Of a stretch of 64,000 nt of DNA, positions 1 through 9,254 are shown in pieces; within the stretch, counting starts at the first letter, position 1; every line of letters begins with the position of its first letter. The translations under genes and the position numbers were made by a program. Source of the DNA: an uncultured Alphaproteobacteria bacterium (GTDB lineage: Bacteria > Pseudomonadota > Alphaproteobacteria > HIMB59 > GCA-002718135); assembly GCA_902582755.1 (NCBI GenBank), contig CACHSZ010000002.1:157539-221538 (forward strand), read 5' to 3'. The notes beneath the pieces were generated by a model that saw only the letters and a program-made list of their open reading frames with translations, was not told where the DNA came from and did not search any database.

Positions 1-11
1 AAACAAATCTA

Positions 12-749
12 ATGAATAAAATTAATTTAGAAAATAGAGTTGCAATTGTAACGGGTGGAGCACAAGGCTTTGGCTTAGCTATTACTAAAAGATTTATAGA
101 GTCAGGTGCAAAAGTATTAATATGGGATAAAGATACAGAATATTTAAATAAAGTTGATCTAAAAAATACTCAAAAAATTGAAGTTGATGTTTCAAATTAT
201 AAAAGTGTAGAGAATGCATTTGCTGAAAGTATTACATATGAAAACAAAATTGATATTTTAGTAAATAATGCAGGAATAGCTGGACCAAATTTTAAGACAT
301 GGGATTATCCACTTGAGGAATGGCAAAAAGTTATAGACATAGATCTAAGCGGAGTATTTTATTGCTGTAAAACTATAGTTCCTCATTTTATCAAAAATAA
401 TTATGGACGTATCGTTAATATTTCGTCGATAGCTGGTAAGGAAGGTAATCCTAACGCAATGCCTTATAGTGCAGCAAAAGCAGGAGTTATTGCACTTACT
501 AAATCTTTAGGAAAAGAATTAGCTGAAAATAATATTTCAGTTAATTGTGTTACCCCTGCACCTGCTAAAACACGTATTTTTGATCAAATTACACAAGAAC
601 ATATTGATTATATGTTATCAAAAATTCCGAGAAATAGATTTGTGTTAGTAGAAGAATTAGCTTCTTTAGTTGCTTGGATGTCCTCTGAAGAGAATTCTTA
701 TACCACAGGATCAACTTTTGATTTGAGTGGTGGTAGAGCTACTTATTAA
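12..749 (+). CDS. SDR oxidoreductase, similar to 2-keto-3-deoxy sugar-acid dehydrogenases (LRA5-like)
   Basis: TGGAQGFG, NNAG and YSAAK motifs; the GKEGNPNA..YSAAKAG..TKSLGKELA segment resembles LRA5-type enzymes; sugar-acid context. Confidence 0.7.
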   Translation: MNKINLENRVAIVTGGAQGFGLAITKRFIESGAKVLIWDKDTEYLNKVDLKNTQKIEVDVSNYKSVENAFAESITYENKIDILVNNAGIAGPNFKTWDYPLEEWQKVIDIDLSGVFYCCKTIVPHFIKNNYGRIVNISSIAGKEGNPNAMPYSAAKAGVIALTKSLGKELAENNISVNCVTPAPAKTRIFDQITQEHIDYMLSKIPRNRFVLVEELASLVAWMSSEENSYTTGSTFDLSGGRATY

Positions 750-1723
750 TTTTTTCTTCTTTGTATTAGGGCGTAGACTGTTACGGCTACTGTAATCATG
801 AGTCCGTTAATAAATTTTACATAAAAACCAGATAGGCCTAAAGCAACTATTCCTGATTCTAATGATCCAATAATTAATACTCCAATAAAAGTTCCAAAAA
901 TAGTACCTTTGCCACCAAAGACTGAAGTGCCACCAACAAAGACAGCTGCTAGTGTTGTTAACATCAAACCTTCACCTTGTGTAGGCCAGAAATATAACAT
1001 TTCATACATTGTAAAAATTCCTGCTAATGCAGAGAAAAATCCTAGTTGAACAAAAGCAATAATTTTTACATTATCAACGTTAATTCCCATCATTTGGGCG
1101 CTTGCTTTGTTATCACCTACAAAGTGGATATGATTTCCAAATTTATGGTATCGATAAACCCATTGCATCAATCCAGTTAATACAATGAACCAAATAAATT
1201 GCATTGGAATTTTTCCAAATAATTTTTCAACAAATATCATATGATGCCATGTTCCATCAGCTACATCGACGATTGCAATACCGCTACCTTGAGAAATTAC
1301 ATTAACTAATCCACGCCAAAAAAATAATGTACCTATAGTGGCAACTATTGAAGGTATACCAATTTTAGTAACAAGTAATCCATTTACTAATCCAGCAAAC
1401 ATTCCAAGTGAAGTTGCCAAAATAAATGCTATAAAAAAGTTACCATCAGTCGATGTCATTATAATTCCAAATATGAGAGAAGTAATTCCAACTATAGATG
1501 GAAATGATAAATCAATTTCACCAAGAGTAACAACAAAAGTTGCTGATATAGCAATAATGCCAAAAAAAGGCATCGATTGCATGAAAGCTCTGTAAATTGG
1601 AAATCTTGTAAATACATGAGGTGCACCCAAGAAGTAAATTAAGAAAAGCACTATGGCAATTATTGTAATACTAATTTCAAGTTTGTGTGTTTTTACAAAA
1701 TAACTATTTAATAAACTATTCAT
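746..1723 (-). CDS. Sugar ABC transporter permease (RbsC/CUT2 family)
   Basis: Hydrophobic; GEIDLS, GDN..SAQMMGIN and LAAVFVGGTS..GGKG motifs. Confidence 0.93.
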   Translation of the reverse strand: MNSLLNSYFVKTHKLEISITIIAIVLFLIYFLGAPHVFTRFPIYRAFMQSMPFFGIIAISATFVVTLGEIDLSFPSIVGITSLIFGIIMTSTDGNFFIAFILATSLGMFAGLVNGLLVTKIGIPSIVATIGTLFFWRGLVNVISQGSGIAIVDVADGTWHHMIFVEKLFGKIPMQFIWFIVLTGLMQWVYRYHKFGNHIHFVGDNKASAQMMGINVDNVKIIAFVQLGFFSALAGIFTMYEMLYFWPTQGEGLMLTTLAAVFVGGTSVFGGKGTIFGTFIGVLIIGSLESGIVALGLSGFYVKFINGLMITVAVTVYALIQRRKN

Positions 1724-2491
1724 TTAATCTTCTACCTTAATTTTTCCTGATTCATGAAGTTGGATCATTTTTTGAACAAGCTCTTCCCTTGAAATATCTT
1801 CTTTGTTAAACTCTCCTACAACTTCTCCTCTATCTAAAATGATAAACCTATCTGCAGCGCCATATACGTGTATTATATTATGATCGATAAATATTGCAGA
1901 TTTGTTTTCATTTTTTAAACCTTTTACAAAATTAAGAACTTTTTCTGTTTCCTGTATCGATAATCCCATTGTTGGTTCATCTAATACTATTAAATCAGAA
2001 TTAAAATACAATGATCTACCGAAAGCTACACCTTGTTTTTCACCACCAGATAGACCCATTACTTGAGAGTCAACTGTTATTGCCTTTGAAGTAAAACCTA
2101 TATAGTCACGTAAAATTTTTTCTGCTTCTTTTCTTTGTTTTTTTATATCTAAAAAACCAAATGAATTTGTAATTTCTCTTCCTGCAAAGATATTTCTGTA
2201 TAATTCTTGCTGATCACATAATGCTCTTTCTTGATACACTGCTTCAATCCCCATTTTTCTTGATTGAGCAACTGATTTAATTTGTACTTCTTTTTCTTTA
2301 AAAAAAACTTTTCCCGAGTTTGGACTATGAACTCCAGTTATAACTTTTATAAGTGTAGATTTACCAGCTCCGTTATCACCGATTAAAGCTACTACTTCAC
2401 CTTTGTTTATTTTGATATTCACATCTTTTAAAACTTTTACGTTTCCAAAGTTTTTGTAAATATTTTGTAATTTTAAGAGTTCTTCAGCCAT
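1724..2491 (-). CDS. Sugar ABC transporter ATP-binding protein (single domain)
   Basis: Walker A GDNGAGKST, LSGGE signature, Walker B LIVLDEPT. Confidence 0.95.
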   Translation of the reverse strand: MAEELLKLQNIYKNFGNVKVLKDVNIKINKGEVVALIGDNGAGKSTLIKVITGVHSPNSGKVFFKEKEVQIKSVAQSRKMGIEAVYQERALCDQQELYRNIFAGREITNSFGFLDIKKQRKEAEKILRDYIGFTSKAITVDSQVMGLSGGEKQGVAFGRSLYFNSDLIVLDEPTMGLSIQETEKVLNFVKGLKNENKSAIFIDHNIIHVYGAADRFIILDRGEVVGEFNKEDISREELVQKMIQLHESGKIKVED

Positions 2492-2500
2492 AAAAATAAA

Positions 2501-2523
2501 CCTGCCTTATAAAATAAGGCAGG
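2501..2523 (-). terminator. Intra-operon stem-loop or partial terminator between the SBP and ATPase genes
   Basis: Perfect 10-bp inverted repeat CCTGCCTTAT-AAA-ATAAGGCAGG; on the minus strand it is followed by TTTATTTTT and then the ATPase ATG. Confidence 0.75.
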
Positions 2524-2537
2524 CTATAATATTTAAT

Positions 2538-3518
2538 TTATCTGATTTGTACTGCTGCTAATGGAGCAACAGCATCAACGTTATCAGCTGTAACAAATGC
2601 AGCACCAGTATCCATAGCTAATCCAGCCATTCCATATTTTGTACTTAGGAATAACTGAACAATTGGCATATACCCTTGGATAAATGGTTGTTGATCAATT
2701 ACAACATCAATGTAACCAGAATTAATTCCATCAACAATAGGAGCTGATAAATCAAATCCAGCACCACATACTTCTTCAGTACCATGACCTGCAGCCTTCA
2801 TATATGTTGGTAAGCTTGCAGTTAATCCTCCATGATCAGTAATTGCTAATTTGATATCAGGATTTGCACTGTAAGTAGCCACGTACATAGGAGTTCCCTG
2901 TGATGCATCTGAGTTTACGTTATCAGGAATTTCTTGATAAACAACTTCAACACCTGCTGCTTCAACACCTGCTATTGCACCTTTAGTTCTTTCTCCTCTA
3001 TTTGGCATACTTGCGAGACCCCAGATAAATGCTTTATCTCCAGCTTGTAGACCACAAACTTCAACAGCTTTTTTACCTAGATTAAATCCAGCATCAAATA
3101 GATCTGCTCCTGCATAACCAAACCCTTCAGTTTTATATTCTGATTCAAGATCAGGAAGAGGTGTATTCATAGTAGTAATCACTATTCCCATTTCTCTTGC
3201 TTCTTGAATGATAGGTCTCATTGCAGCGTCTCCTGGAAAACCATAGATTGCAATTCCATCAGGCTGTAAAGCAACAGCTTCTTTAAATTGTTTAATCATG
3301 ATTTCTGAGTTCCACTGTGACCAGTAGTAATCTACTTCACAACCAGTGTGTTCAGCAGCAGCTACTGCACCATTATAAACGATAGTTCCAAATGGGCCAC
3401 CTTCAGGACCACCTGGGAAAAATATAAATTTCTTATCACAGCTGTAATCATTTTTTGCTACTGCTGAAGTAGATACAAAAGCAAAAAATAAAGCAATGAC
3501 AGCAAAGATTTTTTTCAT
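2538..3518 (-). CDS. Sugar ABC transporter periplasmic substrate-binding protein (RbsB-like fold)
   Basis: Start moved to MKKIFAV (GGAGG RBS upstream, signal peptide); QPDGI, GFDLS and DQQPFIQGY motifs. Confidence 0.9.
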   Translation of the reverse strand: MKKIFAVIALFFAFVSTSAVAKNDYSCDKKFIFFPGGPEGGPFGTIVYNGAVAAAEHTGCEVDYYWSQWNSEIMIKQFKEAVALQPDGIAIYGFPGDAAMRPIIQEAREMGIVITTMNTPLPDLESEYKTEGFGYAGADLFDAGFNLGKKAVEVCGLQAGDKAFIWGLASMPNRGERTKGAIAGVEAAGVEVVYQEIPDNVNSDASQGTPMYVATYSANPDIKLAITDHGGLTASLPTYMKAAGHGTEEVCGAGFDLSAPIVDGINSGYIDVVIDQQPFIQGYMPIVQLFLSTKYGMAGLAMDTGAAFVTADNVDAVAPLAAVQIR

Positions 3519-3708
3519 AATTCCTCCAAATAATTTATGCATTAATTTATAAGTAAATAAATCAATAATACAATTAAATTAAAGTATTAAAGATCTTATT
3601 ACAAATTAAAATCCCCTTTCTTTTGATAGATAAAATAGTCGCACTTATTTACTAATTTAAAGCAATTTTTATATTTATAAGATTATTAAAAAGTGCTATT
3701 TTTTGATT

Positions 3709-4695
3709 ATGGATGTTGATTTAGGTAAATGGTATCGGGCAAATATAGATAAAAAAGAATTCAAGCAGTTATGCAAGAAATCTGATTGGCAGGGTTTTAA
3801 GCATATGATTATTTATTTTTCATCTCTATTTCTTTTTGGATATCTTGCGTATGTCACTTGGGGCACTTGGTGGTCATTATTATTTTTTTTAATATACGGA
3901 AATATTTGGGGATGCAGCGATGCTATATGGCATGAAACTGGTCACAGAACTGCTTTTAAATCTAAGTTCTGGAATGATTTCTTTTATTATATTGCTAGTT
4001 TCATGGATAATTTTGAACCTATCAGATGGAGATATTCTCACTATCATCACCATACTTATACTCAATTTAATGATCCTGTAGATTTTGAAATACATGTAAA
4101 AAAACCAACTGACTTGATTGTGTTTTTCTCTCATTACATTCCATTCTCAGGTTTTATTTTCTTTAAAAATTCTCTTCAATGGGAAACTATAAAACATGCA
4201 TTTGGTGTAACTACTGATGTAATGAAAGTTTGCATTCCAAAAAATGAAAGATGGAAATGTAGATTATCTGCGTGGAGTCATCTTTCTATTTGGATGATTA
4301 GTATAGCTTCTTCAGTTTACTTTCAAAGTTGGCTTCCAGTTCTATATGTTTTATTGCCTAATTTTTATGGAAAGACCCTTGTTATGCTTATGGGTCTTAC
4401 TCAACACGCAGGACTTAGAGAAGATAAAAGAGACCATAGGTATACAACTAGAACAGTATATTTAAATCCAGTTTTAAGTTTTTTATATTGGCATATGGAA
4501 TATCATGTTGAGCACCATATGTTCCCTCAAGTTCCCTCACATAATTTACCTAAGCTGCATGCTATGATTAAAGATCAATTACCACCTGCCAGAAAAGGTC
4601 TTCTTGGGGCTTATAAAGAAATTGTTCCAGCACTCATAAAACAAGCAAAAAATCCTGACTATCAAATTCCATTATCTGTTCCAAGCAACGCTTAG
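3709..4695 (+). CDS. Fatty-acid-desaturase-family membrane di-iron oxygenase, MocD-like (paralog 1)
   Basis: His boxes HETGH, HYHHH, HVEHH; TQHAGL motif; adjacent to ferredoxin reductase and MocE-type ferredoxin. Confidence 0.85.
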   Translation: MDVDLGKWYRANIDKKEFKQLCKKSDWQGFKHMIIYFSSLFLFGYLAYVTWGTWWSLLFFLIYGNIWGCSDAIWHETGHRTAFKSKFWNDFFYYIASFMDNFEPIRWRYSHYHHHTYTQFNDPVDFEIHVKKPTDLIVFFSHYIPFSGFIFFKNSLQWETIKHAFGVTTDVMKVCIPKNERWKCRLSAWSHLSIWMISIASSVYFQSWLPVLYVLLPNFYGKTLVMLMGLTQHAGLREDKRDHRYTTRTVYLNPVLSFLYWHMEYHVEHHMFPQVPSHNLPKLHAMIKDQLPPARKGLLGAYKEIVPALIKQAKNPDYQIPLSVPSNA

Positions 4696-4700
4696 ACTGA

Positions 4701-5930
4701 GTGAAAAATAACATTATAATTTTAGGTGGTGGTCAAGCCGGAATCTATGCTGCTAGAGAGATAAGACAAAATGATTCAAAATCAAATATTAAAATTTTAG
4801 GTGAAGAAAATTTATTACCATACGAAAGACCTCCTTTATCTAAAGATTTTTTGCTAGATAAAAAAAAAGAAGAAGATCTTTATTTTCATTCTATCGACGT
4901 ACTAAAAAATGAAAATATAGAATTTGAAAATATATCAATTAATAAAGTTGATTTTGAAAATAAAAAACTTTTTGCAAAAAATGATAATGTTTACTCTTAT
5001 GATAGTCTGCTTATTTCAACAGGTTCTGAAAATAAAAAACTTACTTTAGATAACAATTTAAAGAATGATATTTATTATCTAAGAAATTTAGAAGAAGCCA
5101 AAAAAATTAAAGAAATAATTTCAAATAAAAATAAAATAACAATTATTGGTGGTGGTTTTATTGGCTTAGAAATTGCCTCATCTTTATCTCAGCTTCAAAA
5201 GAAAGTAATTGTTATTGAAATTGGTAATCAACTTATGGGAAGAATTATACCCAAACAAATTGCTGATTTAGTTCAAAACACTCATATAGAACATGGAAAT
5301 GAAATAATATTAAATAAACAGATAGAAAAAATAACTAAAAAAAATGGCATTTATGAAATTTTATTAAATGATAATTCTTTAATAGAAACAGATTTTATAA
5401 TTGCAGGTATAGGCTCAACGCCGACTGTAAAGTTATTTGAAAATACAAATTTAAAGCTTGATAATGGTATTGTAACTAATCAATTTTGTGAAACTTCTAT
5501 TAAAGATGTTTATGCAGCAGGTGACGTATCTAATTTTTATCATCCATTCTATGAAAGAAATATGCGACTCGAGTCTTATCAACATGCACAAAATCATGGA
5601 ATATGTGCTGGAAAAAATATTGCTGGAGTAAAAACAGAATACACTTCAATTCCTTGGATGTGGTCTGATCAATTTAATTTGAATCTTCAACTGACTGGTA
5701 TGTGTGATGAATATGATGAAATCATCGAAAGAGGTAATGATATTAATAATGGGGTTATTTATTTTTTCCTAAAAAATAATAAAATAAGAGGAGCATGTGG
5801 TGTTGGAATCATAGGAAAAGTAGGCCGTGACATTAGAATAACTTCTAAATTAACTGAGAAAGATACCATTGTAGATAAACAAATTCTCTCAGATCAAAAT
5901 CTAAAATTAAATAAACTTATACAAAAATAA
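4701..5930 (+). CDS. NAD(P)H:ferredoxin reductase (MocF/putidaredoxin-reductase-like)
   Basis: GGGQAG, PYERPPLSK, GGGFIGLE, AAGD and PWMWSDQF motifs. Confidence 0.92.
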   Translation: MKNNIIILGGGQAGIYAAREIRQNDSKSNIKILGEENLLPYERPPLSKDFLLDKKKEEDLYFHSIDVLKNENIEFENISINKVDFENKKLFAKNDNVYSYDSLLISTGSENKKLTLDNNLKNDIYYLRNLEEAKKIKEIISNKNKITIIGGGFIGLEIASSLSQLQKKVIVIEIGNQLMGRIIPKQIADLVQNTHIEHGNEIILNKQIEKITKKNGIYEILLNDNSLIETDFIIAGIGSTPTVKLFENTNLKLDNGIVTNQFCETSIKDVYAAGDVSNFYHPFYERNMRLESYQHAQNHGICAGKNIAGVKTEYTSIPWMWSDQFNLNLQLTGMCDEYDEIIERGNDINNGVIYFFLKNNKIRGACGVGIIGKVGRDIRITSKLTEKDTIVDKQILSDQNLKLNKLIQK

Positions 5931-5982
5931 CAATTTAATTATTTTGTATTTATTTTCATAAAATAGCTATTATATACAATCT

Positions 5983-6300
5983 ATGTCTGAAGAAAATTGG
6001 ATTGAAGTAGGGTCTACAGATAGTATTGAAGAAGAGGATCTCATCAGATTTGATCATCAAGATAAAACTTTTTGTGTGTATAAACTAACAGATGGTTTTT
6101 ATGCTACCGATGGAATTTGTACACACGAGGCGGTACATCTTGAAGATGGTTTGGTTATGGATGATGAAATTGAATGTCCAATGCACCAGGGAATTTTTAA
6201 TATTAAATCCGGAGAAGCTTTAAGCCCACCAGCGTGTGAGGATTTAAAAACATATCCAGTTAAAGTTGATAATGACAAAATTTTCATTAAGATAGATTAA
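5983..6300 (+). CDS. MocE-family Rieske [2Fe-2S] ferredoxin
   Basis: CTH and CPMH Rieske ligands; EEDLIRFDH and YATDGICTHEAVHLEDGLVM are typical of the MocE family. Confidence 0.9.
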   Translation: MSEENWIEVGSTDSIEEEDLIRFDHQDKTFCVYKLTDGFYATDGICTHEAVHLEDGLVMDDEIECPMHQGIFNIKSGEALSPPACEDLKTYPVKVDNDKIFIKID

Positions 6301-6319
6301 CTATTTTTTTGGAGATTTT

Positions 6320-7147
6320 ATGAGCAGAAAAAAACTTACAGTTTATGATTATTTGCAATGCAAAGGTAAAAGACAACTAAGTGTTATGTTTGTGCATAAT
6401 GCTGATGAGGCTGCAGCAGCTGAAGAGGCAGGCATTGACATGATTTGTACTTCTCATGATGCTCCACAATTTGGTATTTTCAATTCTTTTGATGAGCTTA
6501 AGCGAATTCGCGAAGCTGCACCAACTTGCTTTATGCAATCCGGAGGAGCAGTAAGAGTAGCTTCTGAATACGAAGCAATGAAACTATCACACAAGTATTT
6601 AGACATTGGTGCAGATGTTATCTATGGTGGTAATTGGAGTTACAAATGGATTAGAGCATTAAGAGATGAATATGTTCCAATTAATAGTCATGTTGGATTA
6701 GTTCCAGGAAATGCTACTTGGATTGGAGGATTTGTTGCACAAGGTAAAACAGCAGATAAAGCCATAAGAATATTAGAACATACTCTTGAGTTACAAGAAG
6801 CGGGTGCTATTGGAGTTGAACTCGAAGTAGTTCCACCAAAAGTTGCAGAAGTTATTACAAAAAAAGTTGATATCATGACTCTCTCAATGGGAAGTGGTTC
6901 TGGATGCGATGGGCAATATTTATTTGCAAATGATGTACTTGGATATACTCAAGGAAAAATTCCAAGACATGCTCGAATTTATAGAGATTTTAAAAAAGAA
7001 TTTTCAAAACTACAAGCTGAAAGAGTAAGTGCATTTAAAGAGTTTCACGATGATACGGTAAACAAAAAATTTAATGATCCTAAAATCACAGTTAACATTG
7101 ATGAAGGTGAATTTGAAAAATTTTTAAAACTTTCAGAAAAATTTTGA
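6320..7147 (+). CDS. Divergent PanB (ketopantoate hydroxymethyltransferase)-fold protein
   Basis: Retains HVGLVP, GGF..QGK, LEVVP and GSG..CDGQ.L..DVLG; lacks the canonical GDS, DMPF and KxEG motifs. Confidence 0.75.
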   Translation: MSRKKLTVYDYLQCKGKRQLSVMFVHNADEAAAAEEAGIDMICTSHDAPQFGIFNSFDELKRIREAAPTCFMQSGGAVRVASEYEAMKLSHKYLDIGADVIYGGNWSYKWIRALRDEYVPINSHVGLVPGNATWIGGFVAQGKTADKAIRILEHTLELQEAGAIGVELEVVPPKVAEVITKKVDIMTLSMGSGSGCDGQYLFANDVLGYTQGKIPRHARIYRDFKKEFSKLQAERVSAFKEFHDDTVNKKFNDPKITVNIDEGEFEKFLKLSEKF

Positions 7148-7150
7148 TTA

Positions 7151-8167
7151 ATGTTTGCGGGCGAAGTTGATTTAAAAACTTGGTATAAACCAAAAATAGA
7201 TAAGAAAACTTTAAAGGAACTTTCTAAGAGATCGGATATAAAAGGTTTATTAGATATATCCATATTTATTGTTGCTCTAATATTAAGTGGGTATCTATGT
7301 ATTCTAAGTTGGGGTACTTTATGGTCAATACCTGCTCTTTTGCTTTATGGAAATATTTTCTATTGTAAAATCATAAGCATTCAACATGAAACAAATCACG
7401 AAACATATTTTAAAACAAGAGCGTTAAATAAATTTTTTTATCATATAACTTCTTTACTCGGTGGTTTTGAAGCAGTTAGATGGAAGTGGAGTCATTTTCA
7501 TCACCATACTTACACTATATTTACACATGAAGAGGTGTACGATTATGAAAATAATAGCCCAAAACCAACAGAACCTGTAAGATTTCTTTTAAATTTTTTA
7601 CCTCTTGGTCCAATAATTAATATTCAAAAAATAAGACATTTTACACATTTTGAAATTATTAAACATTCATTTGGGATAATTACTCCTGTTGTAAAAGTAA
7701 CAGTGCCTGAAAAGGAGATAAAAAAAATTATTAATAGTTCAAGATTATATTTAAGTTTTTGGTTGCTCGTAATTTTATGTTCAGTTTTCTTACAATCATG
7801 GTTACCAATCATAATGATAATTCTACCCCCATTTTATGGGAATACTATATTGATGATATGCGGCATGACTCAACATGCTGGACTAGCTGATAATATTAAA
7901 GATCATAGAAAAAGTACAAGAACCGTTATTATGAATCCCTTTTTTAGTTTTTTGTATTCAAACATGGAGTATCATATTGAGCACCACATTTTCCCAAAAA
8001 TCCCATGCCATAATTTAAAAAAATTTCACAAAATAGTTAAAAATCAAATGCCTAAACCTCATAACGGAATAATTTCTGCTTATAGATCAATCATCCCAGC
8101 AATATTTAAGCAATCTAAAGATAAAAATTATTTTATTGATGTGAAGGTTCCAGATACGACAATTTAG
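7151..8167 (+). CDS. Fatty-acid-desaturase-family membrane di-iron oxygenase, MocD-like (paralog 2)
   Basis: His boxes HETNH, HFHHH, HIEHH; TQHAGL; colinear similarity to 3709..4695. Confidence 0.85.
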   Translation: MFAGEVDLKTWYKPKIDKKTLKELSKRSDIKGLLDISIFIVALILSGYLCILSWGTLWSIPALLLYGNIFYCKIISIQHETNHETYFKTRALNKFFYHITSLLGGFEAVRWKWSHFHHHTYTIFTHEEVYDYENNSPKPTEPVRFLLNFLPLGPIINIQKIRHFTHFEIIKHSFGIITPVVKVTVPEKEIKKIINSSRLYLSFWLLVILCSVFLQSWLPIIMIILPPFYGNTILMICGMTQHAGLADNIKDHRKSTRTVIMNPFFSFLYSNMEYHIEHHIFPKIPCHNLKKFHKIVKNQMPKPHNGIISAYRSIIPAIFKQSKDKNYFIDVKVPDTTI

Positions 8168-8205
8168 TCTCTTTTTTTTTATTCAAAATATACTATAAAT
8201 ACATT

Positions 8206-9210
8206 ATGACAAATCAACTGAATGATAGCGATTTTGGTACAAGAGATAAAAGGGGTCATTGGAAACCATTTGGTACAATAAGTATTAACCCACCTAAAGA
8301 TATATTTTTTAACCCGATAAAATTTTTAAAGTATTTTTTTAAATTTCCTGGAATTTTTTTCCCGTGGACCTTTGTCTTTGCAGCAATAACAGTTGCTACA
8401 TATCTTTTTTTGACTCCTTCTTTAGAGACAATGAAGACTTTTGAAATAGGATGGATATCCTATATATTTTTCAGAAACGCAGTTATTATTTTGCTTTGGA
8501 CAGGCTTCTTTCATTTAAGACTGAAGACACAAGGAACTTCATTTAAATATAACCCACGACCTCTAGAAAAAAATAACTCAACTTTTTTATTTAATGATCA
8601 GACTAAAGATAACCTATTCTATACTTTTTGCAGTGCTATTCCATTATGGACAGCTTATGAAGTAATTACATTTTGGGCATTTGCAAATCAAATAATCCCA
8701 TATGTAAGCTGGGAGGCGTATCCAATATATTGTTGTTTTATGTTCTTTCTTGTTCCATTTATAAGAGACGCACATTTTTACTTAACTCATAGATTATTAC
8801 ACTGGGCACCCCTTTATAAAATTGCACATAAAGTACACCACCGTAATACGAATACAGGTGCTTGGTCGGGTATGTCTATGCATCCAATAGAGCATATACT
8901 CTATTTTTCAGGTATCTTAGTTCATTGGATAATTCCTTCACATCCTCTTGTTGCGATGTATCATGTATTTCATGCTGGTTTAGCACCTACACCTGGACAT
9001 ACAGGATATGAAAAAATGACTTTCAAAAATGGTGTATCAATTCCAACAGGTGATTATATGCATTATATCCATCATAAATATTTTGAATGCAATTACTCAG
9101 GTGGAAACACTAGTTTCTTAGATAAATTAATGGGTACGTTCCATGATGGCTCTGAAGAAGCAACCAAAGAAGTAATGGCTCGTATCAAAGATAAAGCCCA
9201 TTACCTCTAA
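8206..9210 (+). CDS. Sterol desaturase / fatty acid hydroxylase superfamily di-iron enzyme
   Basis: HRLLH, HKVHH, HPIE and HYIHH...NY motifs; D..MGTF near the C-terminus. Confidence 0.85.
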   Translation: MTNQLNDSDFGTRDKRGHWKPFGTISINPPKDIFFNPIKFLKYFFKFPGIFFPWTFVFAAITVATYLFLTPSLETMKTFEIGWISYIFFRNAVIILLWTGFFHLRLKTQGTSFKYNPRPLEKNNSTFLFNDQTKDNLFYTFCSAIPLWTAYEVITFWAFANQIIPYVSWEAYPIYCCFMFFLVPFIRDAHFYLTHRLLHWAPLYKIAHKVHHRNTNTGAWSGMSMHPIEHILYFSGILVHWIIPSHPLVAMYHVFHAGLAPTPGHTGYEKMTFKNGVSIPTGDYMHYIHHKYFECNYSGGNTSFLDKLMGTFHDGSEEATKEVMARIKDKAHYL

Positions 9211-9254
9211 ACTTATCTTCATAAATATTAATTTTTATTATATTGATCTAAAAT

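Noticed and set aside
3543-3708. Short inverted matches in the divergent promoter (AGTAAATAA/TTATTTACT; GCACTT/AAGTGC)
   Set aside because: Widely spaced and AT-rich; expected by chance; no riboswitch-like fold recognised
6320-7147. Calling this gene panB (pantothenate synthesis)
   Set aside because: Key metal/substrate motifs are missing and the context is catabolic
3709-9210. Interpreting the three di-iron genes as membrane-lipid desaturation or sterol synthesis
   Set aside because: No lipid or isoprenoid-cyclase genes nearby; the MocE/MocF-type partners and sugar transporter argue for small-molecule oxygenation, though this is not excluded experimentally
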